Part shown: positions 37,618 through 43,467 of the stretch, one piece after another | How positions within the stretch are numbered: the first letter of the stretch is position 1 | How the letters are laid out: every line of letters starts with the position of its first letter | NCBI GenBank assembly: GCA_031409655.1 | Contig: JANNXQ010000039.1 | Span: 1-43,467 of the forward strand | Reading direction: 5' to 3' | From: Chthoniobacteraceae bacterium | GTDB lineage: Bacteria > Verrucomicrobiota > Verrucomicrobiia > Chthoniobacterales > Chthoniobacteraceae | DNA: 43,467 nucleotides | Notes under the pieces: generated by a model | Told to the model about the DNA's origin: nothing | What the model saw: only the letters and a program-made list of their open reading frames with translations | Databases searched by the model: none | Translations under genes and position numbers: made by a program

Positions 37618-38430
37618 ATGGAGCCCACGCCCCTCAGCCTCAAGGACACGCAAAACGAACGCGACCACCGCCGCATCCCCATCGATCGCGTGGGCGTGAA
37701 GGGCCTGCGCTACCCGATGACCATCCGCGACAAGGCCCGGCAGACGCAGCACACCATCGCCACCATCGCGCTCACGGTGGATCTGCCGCACCACTTCAAG
37801 GGCACGCACATGAGCCGCTTCGTGGAAGTGCTCAATGAATTCTGCCCCGAGCTGCATGTGGACAATGTCCACTCCATCATCCGCGCGCTCACCGAGCGGC
37901 TGCACAGCGACTGCGCGCATGCCGATTTCGAGTTCCCTTTTTTCCTGGAGAAAAAGGCCCCCGTCACCGGTGCCGCTGGCCTCATGGATTACCTCGTGCG
38001 CTTCTCCGCGACGATCGACAAGGGCGTGGGCGACGTCGTCACCACCGTGCTCGTGCCCGTGACCACGCTCTGCCCGTGTTCCAAGGCGATCAGCGTCCAC
38101 GGCGCGCACAATCAGCGCGGGCTTGTCACCTTCGCCATCCGCAGCCGCAAGCCGATCTGGATCGAGGACCTCATCCGCCTCGTCGAAGATTGCGCGTCGA
38201 GCGAACTCTACAGCCTGCTCAAGCGCCCGGACGAAAAGGCGGTTACGGAGCGCGCTTACGAAAATCCCGTCTTCGTGGAAGACCTCGTCCGGAACATCGC
38301 TGGCCGTGCCAATCGCGAACGGAACATCACCTGGTATCGCGTCGAGGCGGAGAACTTTGAATCGATCCACAATCACAACGCCTACGCGCTCGTCGAAAGG
38401 CAGAAAGCAAAAGGCAGAAGGCAGAAGTAA
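37618..38430 (+). CDS. folE2: GTP cyclohydrolase FolE2 (type IB)
   Basis: IDRVGVKGLRYP, KGTHMSRF, TTLCPCSK, GAHNQR, KRPDEK, NPVFVED, ESIHNHNA. Confidence 0.97.
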   Translation: MEPTPLSLKDTQNERDHRRIPIDRVGVKGLRYPMTIRDKARQTQHTIATIALTVDLPHHFKGTHMSRFVEVLNEFCPELHVDNVHSIIRALTERLHSDCAHADFEFPFFLEKKAPVTGAAGLMDYLVRFSATIDKGVGDVVTTVLVPVTTLCPCSKAISVHGAHNQRGLVTFAIRSRKPIWIEDLIRLVEDCASSELYSLLKRPDEKAVTERAYENPVFVEDLVRNIAGRANRERNITWYRVEAENFESIHNHNAYALVERQKAKGRRQK

Positions 38431-38480
38431 GACGCGCCTCCCACTTCCTCCCTCTGCCTTTATACTCCATCCTCTCTTCT
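38396..38480. repeat. Heptamer repeats (AGGCAGA-like) overlapping the folE2 3' end, with a partial inverted copy
   Basis: aaaggcagaaagcaaaaggcagaaggcagaag encodes the low-complexity tail RQKAKGRRQK; tctgccttt follows. Confidence 0.55.
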
Positions 38481-38481
38481 C

Positions 38482-39228
38482 GTGCTCTACCGCGCCTTTA
38501 CCGCTCTCATCGTCGTCTTCTGGCTGGGGATGACGACGCTCCTTGTCCGCAATGAGCTCCAGCCGGCAAGTTCGCGACTGCGCGAGATTCCCGTCGCGCA
38601 TGTTTTGAAGCTGCTCTTCCTCCACGAGCAGGCCAGCACTCTCGACATCAAATACGAAAAGGCGCGGATCGGCGGCTTGCGAGTGCATCCGCAAGTGCGC
38701 CGCGAAGACGATGCCCGGCTCGTCCGATTTGCGGGCGATATTCAGTTGTCCCTGCCTGGGATGAGTCGGGAGCGGATCGAGTGGGATGGGGTGGTGGAAA
38801 CGAACCGGCAACTGGAACTGCGGCTGGTGCGGATCGGTCTGAAGATTCGCGGGCCCGAGGCCTCCCGCGTGGATCTCACCCTCGATCTGCTGGCAAAAAC
38901 GGGCCGCTACCAACTGCGCACCGGCGATCGCGTGGTCGAGGAGCGGGAGTATCCCCTGGAGAAAGGTACCCTCCAGACGATCCTCCAACTCCTCGAGGTG
39001 CCGCCCGAGATGGTCGCGATGATGCAGGCCGCGGGCACCGCGCAGCCGCTGGAGTTTAGCGCCCGGCAGTCTTCGATCGAGCTGCAGGGCGACCGGCTCG
39101 AGACCAGCCTCGTGAGCATCCGCCAAAACGGCCAGACGCTCCTCGAAGTCCACGTCAGCGAGTTGGGCCACGTGCTGAAAGCGACGACGCTCCTCGGCTA
39201 CACCTTCATGGCGGAAGGCGAGGGGTAG
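38482..39228 (+). CDS. Membrane-anchored hypothetical protein
   Basis: GTG start; N-terminal TM (ALIVVFWLGMTTLLV); beta-rich body. Confidence 0.75.
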   Translation: MLYRAFTALIVVFWLGMTTLLVRNELQPASSRLREIPVAHVLKLLFLHEQASTLDIKYEKARIGGLRVHPQVRREDDARLVRFAGDIQLSLPGMSRERIEWDGVVETNRQLELRLVRIGLKIRGPEASRVDLTLDLLAKTGRYQLRTGDRVVEEREYPLEKGTLQTILQLLEVPPEMVAMMQAAGTAQPLEFSARQSSIELQGDRLETSLVSIRQNGQTLLEVHVSELGHVLKATTLLGYTFMAEGEG

Positions 39229-39233
39229 GGCAC

Positions 39234-39389
39234 GGGTTGAGAGTTGAGGGTTGAGAGCCGAGCGAAGCGAGACCGCCGATCCATTTTTCAGAAATCAAAT
39301 ATCGGCAATTGAGAGCCGCCTGTATTCCATCCGGGCGCGCGTGCCCAAGCCGCGCGGCTCCCAAACTTTTCACTCTCAACTCTCCACTT
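39234..39389. repeat. Heptamer repeats (GGTTGAG-like) with distant inverted copy (CTCTCAACT)
   Basis: gggttgagagttgagggttgagag at about 39234-39257 and cactctcaactctccact at about 39371-39388. Confidence 0.5.
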
Positions 39390-39392
39390 CCC

Positions 39393-40145
39393 CTGATCTC
39401 CGCGCGCTCTCTCTCCAAGAACTTCGGCCAGCTCCGGGCGGTCGATGCCATCGACCTCGATGTCGCGCCAGGAGAATTCTATGCCTTCCTCGGGCCGAAT
39501 GCCGCCGGGAAGACCACCACGATCAAAATGCTCACCGGGCTCCTGAAGCCGACCTCCGGCACCGTGAGCATCGGCGGTCACGATATGCTGGCCGCGCCGG
39601 AGAAAGCGAAGAGCCTCCTCGCCTACGTGCCGGATTTCCCCTTCCTCTACGACAAGCTCACCGCGCACGAATTCATGCGCTTCGTGGGCGACATCTACCG
39701 CATGGATCGCCGGGCCATCGCCGCCGGGACGGATTCCTTCTTCGAGAAATTTCACCTCAACGACTACCGGCACGAGCTGACGGAAAATCTCTCGCACGGC
39801 ACCCGCCAGCGCCTCGTGATCGCCAGCGCGCTGCTGCACGATCCCAAAGTCTTCGTGATCGATGAGCCCATGGTCGGCCTCGACCCGATGCACGCCCGGA
39901 TCGTGAAACAGGAATTCCGCGACCGCTGCCGCGCGGGCATGACCCTCTTCCTTAGCACTCACCAGCTCAGCGTCGCCGAGGAACTCGCCGACCGCATCGC
40001 GATCATCCACTACGGGAAGATCATCGCCAGCGGCACCGTCGATGAACTCCGCACGCAGAGTGGAGGAGGTGGCGCGTTGGAAAAAGTCTTCCTCTCGCTC
40101 ATCGATCACGAGGAATCCGTGCGCGAGCGGAGCGGCCGCAGCTAG
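39393..40145 (+). CDS. ABC transporter ATP-binding protein
   Basis: GPNAAGKTT, LSHGTRQR, DEPMVGLDP, LSTH; start uncertain (CTG 39393 or TTG 39309). Confidence 0.9.
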   Translation: MISARSLSKNFGQLRAVDAIDLDVAPGEFYAFLGPNAAGKTTTIKMLTGLLKPTSGTVSIGGHDMLAAPEKAKSLLAYVPDFPFLYDKLTAHEFMRFVGDIYRMDRRAIAAGTDSFFEKFHLNDYRHELTENLSHGTRQRLVIASALLHDPKVFVIDEPMVGLDPMHARIVKQEFRDRCRAGMTLFLSTHQLSVAEELADRIAIIHYGKIIASGTVDELRTQSGGGGALEKVFLSLIDHEESVRERSGRS

Positions 40146-40278
40146 CTGTGAGCGCCGTCCCGTGCGGCCACGAAACCAACGCGCGCAGCGCCCTCCTTGA
40201 GCGCACCCAAAAAGTGAGGCGCGATGCGCTTGGGGTTGGACTGCCGCACGGGACACGGGACGGCGGCGCTCCCGGGGG

Positions 40279-40980
40279 TTACTTCGTCTTGAGGACGATG
40301 TCCTTGTACTGCACGACCATCGGTGGCCCTTGATGGATCTGCAGCGCGAGCAGCCCGTCCTTCGCCGCGTTCGCGGAATCTTCATCCGTCACGTCCACCG
40401 TCTGTTTGCCATTGATGAAATGCTGCAGGTGGTTGCCCTGCGCGACGATCTTGTACTCGTTCCAGTCTTCGCTCTTGATCGACGCCTGGATCTCCTCCGA
40501 GTTGCCGACTTCACCCGCGACCTCGACGACCGGCTTCTTGGCTGCAGCCCCCGCTTTGATGATGGTTTTCTGCCCGCGCAGCGCGAGAATCCCGCGTGCC
40601 TTTTCTTCATAGAGGATGCCACTGAATTTCGGTCCAGCTTCAAAGTCCGCCTGATAGCCGGAAATGATCGGGCCAAACTCGCCCTTATCGAGTTCACGCG
40701 AGCGGTACTGCACGCCCGAGTTTCCCTTCTCGATCCGGTATTTGAAGGTGAGTTCAAAGTCACTCACCGTGCCGCCGCGCCAGACGAGGAAAGTGTTGTG
40801 CTTCAGCTTCGTCTCCGCGTCCTCGCCCGTCTTACCCGTGATCGCACCATCCTGCACGCTCCAGAGTTTCGGATTCCCCTCCCATCCCGTGAGATCTTTG
40901 CCGTTGAAAAGCGGGCGCTCCTCCGCCGTGGCGAAGGTGCTGAAAGTGGCGAGAGCGAGCAGGGCAGGGAGGAGTTTCAT
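40279..40980 (-). CDS. DUF1080 (3-keto-disaccharide hydrolase family) secreted protein
   Basis: LFNGKDLTGW, GNSGVQYRS, GYQAD, WNEY, LALQIH. Confidence 0.92.
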   Translation of the reverse strand: MKLLPALLALATFSTFATAEERPLFNGKDLTGWEGNPKLWSVQDGAITGKTGEDAETKLKHNTFLVWRGGTVSDFELTFKYRIEKGNSGVQYRSRELDKGEFGPIISGYQADFEAGPKFSGILYEEKARGILALRGQKTIIKAGAAAKKPVVEVAGEVGNSEEIQASIKSEDWNEYKIVAQGNHLQHFINGKQTVDVTDEDSANAAKDGLLALQIHQGPPMVVQYKDIVLKTK

Positions 40981-41077
40981 GATGTGGAAGTCGTCTGGAT
41001 TAGCGGGAAGCCCGCAGGATGCACGGGAAAATTTCAACTTCCAGCCCCCAGTGGAGACATTCGCGCGTGCAAGAGAT

Positions 41078-41168
41078 TTGTAGGGCAAGCGCCCCGCTTG
41101 CCCCGCCCGCCCCGACCGCCGCTCCGCTTGCCCCGAGGGAACTGGCAAGCGGAGCGCTTGCCCTACAA
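41078..41168. repeat. GTAG-family REP doublet (REPIN-like)
   Basis: TTGTAGGGCAAGCGCCCCGCTTGCC ... GGCAAGCGGAGCGCTTGCCCTACAA inverted pair with a partial third copy between. Confidence 0.8.
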
Positions 41169-41464
41169 TCACAAACATCGTTCGGCCAGCCGGCCACGGC
41201 CCCCCAAATCTCGATCGCTGAAGCGGCGGAAGAAGCCGGCGTCGCCACAACCCGCGCCACCGTCGCCATCGGAGACGGCAAAGCCGAAACGCCGAATGTC
41301 GCAATCCACGCGCCAGACACCAACGCAGCCCGCCCGAATCGCAAAGCCGCGATTTCAGACCCCAAGATCACCGCCCAAGATGCGAATGTGCCAATTCCCG
41401 ACAACAACGTGCCAATTTAAGATGTCAGAGCCTGACCCCTATTTTCCACGAGGCGCGTGTAGCC

Positions 41465-41930
41465 ATGGACCGGGCCAAGGAAGAAGTAGAGCGCATGGTT
41501 ACCGGCGACGCTTTCCTCTTTTTCTTTTGTTTTAAAACGGAACCGCGTAAATATCAGTCGAAATGCCTAACAAAGCTTTATCCAGTGCAAGCTAGTGCCA
41601 TCATATCTGACCCCGGCACCGGCAAATCGAAAATGGCGTTGGACTTGTTCTGTGCGCGCCGCATGGAGGATAAGATCGGATCACTGGTCATCATCTGTAA
41701 ATACACCCTGCGCGATAATTGGGTGGACCAGATCGAGCAGCATTCCGCGCTGCCGATGGACATTTACCTGCCGAGCACGGACAAGAAGGAGCAGTTCAAG
41801 AAATGGGCACGGAAGAAGCATGACTTCCCAGTCGTCATCGTCGGCATTGAGAGTTTTTCGGCAGGCGCCATGGCCAGCATGGTGCGCGATTATGTGCGTA
41901 CCGCGTACAAACCGGCGGGGTTGGCAAACC
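41465..41930 (+). pseudogene. Fragment of a SNF2-type (phage-like) helicase N-terminal domain
   Basis: AIISDPGTGKS Walker A, LVIICK...NWVDQI motif Ia, VVIVGIESF; breaks off before DExH; lower GC; boundaries approximate. Confidence 0.6.
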
Positions 41931-42005
41931 CCCTCACTCCCCGTGGCCGATCCCCGTTCTTGCCGTCTCCGGTGCGGCGGGCGCGAAAGCAAATTCCTAG
42001 CAGCA

Positions 42006-42428
42006 ATGAAAACCTACCTACCAATCATTTTCGCATTCGCAATCGTTGGATGCGCCACCAAGCCGGATTATAGCCAGATCCAGAGCGTCTATACCGATCA
42101 ATCGCCATCCTCGATAAGTCGAGAGCAAGCGATCACGATAGCGAAGCGCGAAGCGGTTGCGCGGGAAGGGTTCACTGATGAACCGAGGGTTCCTTTTAAG
42201 ACAACCAAGGAGGTTACTGGAACCGCAAACCGGATCAACAATGGCGGTTGGCGAGTGACGGCCGGAGCAATGGTAAACACGAACGGACGCGATGGCGCGA
42301 GCGCCTATATCGACGTGCCAGCCGCCGTAGTTACAATCGACAGAGAAGGCAAAATCATTGGCTACACGCGACATTCAATGCAAGAAATCTACGAAGCCGA
42401 ACAAGTCGTGCGTGGCAACGGCGGATAA
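42006..42428 (+). CDS. Hypothetical lipoprotein, integron gene cassette 1
   Basis: Lipobox IVGC after a hydrophobic signal; C-terminus AEQVVRGNGG runs into the attC; low GC. Confidence 0.75.
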   Translation: MKTYLPIIFAFAIVGCATKPDYSQIQSVYTDQSPSSISREQAITIAKREAVAREGFTDEPRVPFKTTKEVTGTANRINNGGWRVTAGAMVNTNGRDGASAYIDVPAAVVTIDREGKIIGYTRHSMQEIYEAEQVVRGNGG

Positions 42429-42491
42429 GCTCCCTCGTTCGCTTCGCTCTGTGAGTCCTGCGCCGCCGTGCCACCACATTTAACGTTAGCC
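42396..42491 (+). mobile_element. Integron attC recombination site
   Basis: R'' GCCGAAC, 5-nt spacer, arm GTG-c-GTGGCA-a-CGGCGG pairing with CCGCCGTGCCACCAC (two extrahelical bases), R' GTTAGCC; 96 bp. Confidence 0.85.
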
Positions 42492-42501
42492 CCAAAGAAA
42501 T

Positions 42502-42990
42502 ATGAGAATCAAATTGTTCCTCGCCACCCTATTCTTCGCATCCTGTGCCACTTCGTGTTCTCTTCGATCTGACAGCGAGAGAGCGGCATCTCAAGCCCAA
42601 GATGACTGGAAGATGGGTGTGTTTACGAAGGGTAATTTCATACCCGACGTAAAGCCGCTGAGTCCGAGAAACGAAAGTGATTTGCGTGAGGTTGCTATGA
42701 GTCTACCGATCTGGGAGACGGATTTGAAGACGACCGAGAAATGGGTAATGGAGAATTCCAAACCGGGCGTAGGAGTGGATCAGTGGACGAATCCTGCAGA
42801 TGGTGCACAGAGTGCCGTTACTATTCGGCGCCTAGCGAATACAGAAATCGGAGTGACAAGAGTCGCAGTAGATCACCCGTCATTGATGATATTCACTCCC
42901 AGCGGGGGACGCTATCTACCTTGGTCGGCGACACTTGAAAGACGTCGGGGGGGGTGGCTGGTGATAGATGCAATCAAACACAATGGCTAA
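42502..42990 (+). CDS. Hypothetical secreted/lipoprotein, integron gene cassette 2
   Basis: Starts 10 nt after GTTAGCC; stop lies within GGCTAAC, the exact complement; signal with FASC; low GC. Confidence 0.75.
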   Translation: MRIKLFLATLFFASCATSCSLRSDSERAASQAQDDWKMGVFTKGNFIPDVKPLSPRNESDLREVAMSLPIWETDLKTTEKWVMENSKPGVGVDQWTNPADGAQSAVTIRRLANTEIGVTRVAVDHPSLMIFTPSGGRYLPWSATLERRRGGWLVIDAIKHNG

Positions 42991-43039
42991 CAAAGAGCGA
43001 GGCGTCAGTTTTAGAATATCGCTCCTTTCTTTGTTGCCC
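42985..43039 (+). mobile_element. Degenerate or truncated attC
   Basis: R'' GGCTAAC; AACAAAGA-GCGA / TCGC...TCTTTGTT pairing ending in GTTGCCC; L boxes poor. Confidence 0.45.
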
Positions 43040-43189
43040 ATATCGGTCGTTTCCAGCAATCATCTCCCCCATTCCGGGGCAAACCCTTCATCCATGCAAC
43101 CTACAACGTCATAAACCTCCGCGGAAGATGGAAACTACCCGGAAGTTAGGCGCTGCTCACGCACACCGAGACAAAACAAACTCAAACCG

Positions 43190-43342
43190 ATGACTTCAAG
43201 ACAACCAACACTCTGCACTCTCCTCATTGCGGTCGTGCTTTCTGCGGCGCATCCAACAAAGGCCGCCACGATTGCCTCCAGCGATTTCGCCGTTGATCTC
43301 TGGCAACGGTGTCCAAATTTCCCCTCACAAAACAGCGTATAA
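43190..43342 (+). pseudogene. 5' fragment of a secreted protein gene, probably IS-truncated
   Basis: Signal peptide MTSRQPTLCTLLIAVVLSAAHPTKA/ATIASSDF, then a stop shortly after the putative IS end at 43304. Confidence 0.45.
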
Positions 43343-43467
43343 CTGGCGCAGGGCGGCGATGGCGGGCGGGTGGTGAGGCTGGAGGAAGAGTTGCACCCGC
43401 AGCCAGCGGATGAACTTCACCGAGCGCACGGTGAGGCGCTGGAGCGTGCGCACGAGCAGGGGGAGAA
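43304..43467 (-). mobile_element. Probable IS end with transposase C-terminus (IS4-like, partial)
   Basis: Minus-strand ORF end LQRLTVRSVKFIRWLR...LRQLYAVL* (stop 43325-43327) followed closely by CAACGGTGTCCAAAT, an IR-like end; GC jumps back to high. Confidence 0.45.

Noticed and set aside
37502..39389. Short repeats as a possible CRISPR array
   Set aside because: Tandem heptamers without unique spacers; no cas genes
41180..41186. GTTCGGC, complement of the first attC R'' (GCCGAAC), as a possible left border of cassette 1
   Set aside because: A 7-mer 800 bp upstream of the ORF is easily chance and no attC or attI structure precedes it
41419..43021. Weak inverted similarity (CTGACCCCT at about 41432 vs AGGCGTCAG at about 43000) bracketing the low-GC segment
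   Set aside because: Too short and mismatched to call terminal repeats

Overview
High-GC bacterial chromosomal window, most consistent with Verrucomicrobiota (Chthoniobacter/Spartobacteria-like). This is an inference from the PEP-CTERM, DUF1080, Uma2 and FG-GAP genes, heptamer repeats and SD-less pyrimidine-rich leaders. It holds about 40 CDS: secreted and beta-propeller proteins, signalling genes, a decayed tandem-DUF481 gene, a MacA/MacB-type pair, a C30-type carotenoid operon without a synthase (crtN-aldH-crtP-acyltransferase-crtQ), a ROK/PIG-L/nagB amino-sugar operon, tRNA-Lys(CTT) and folA-thyA/folE2. The best candidate for an undescribed system lies directly downstream of tRNA-Lys: DUF3419 (BtaA-like SAM aminocarboxypropyl transferase) - GNAT - heme-oxygenase-like diiron oxidase - KamA-type 2,3-aminomutase, which looks like a small synthetase-free biosynthetic pathway. 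The right end (about 41.4-43.5 kb) is accessory DNA: a SNF2 helicase fragment, an integron attC site with two lipoprotein cassettes and no integrase in view, and a probable IS end truncating a secreted-protein gene. REP-like doublets occur, one in-frame inside a carotenoid gene. All product calls come from motif recognition by eye; no database search was run.
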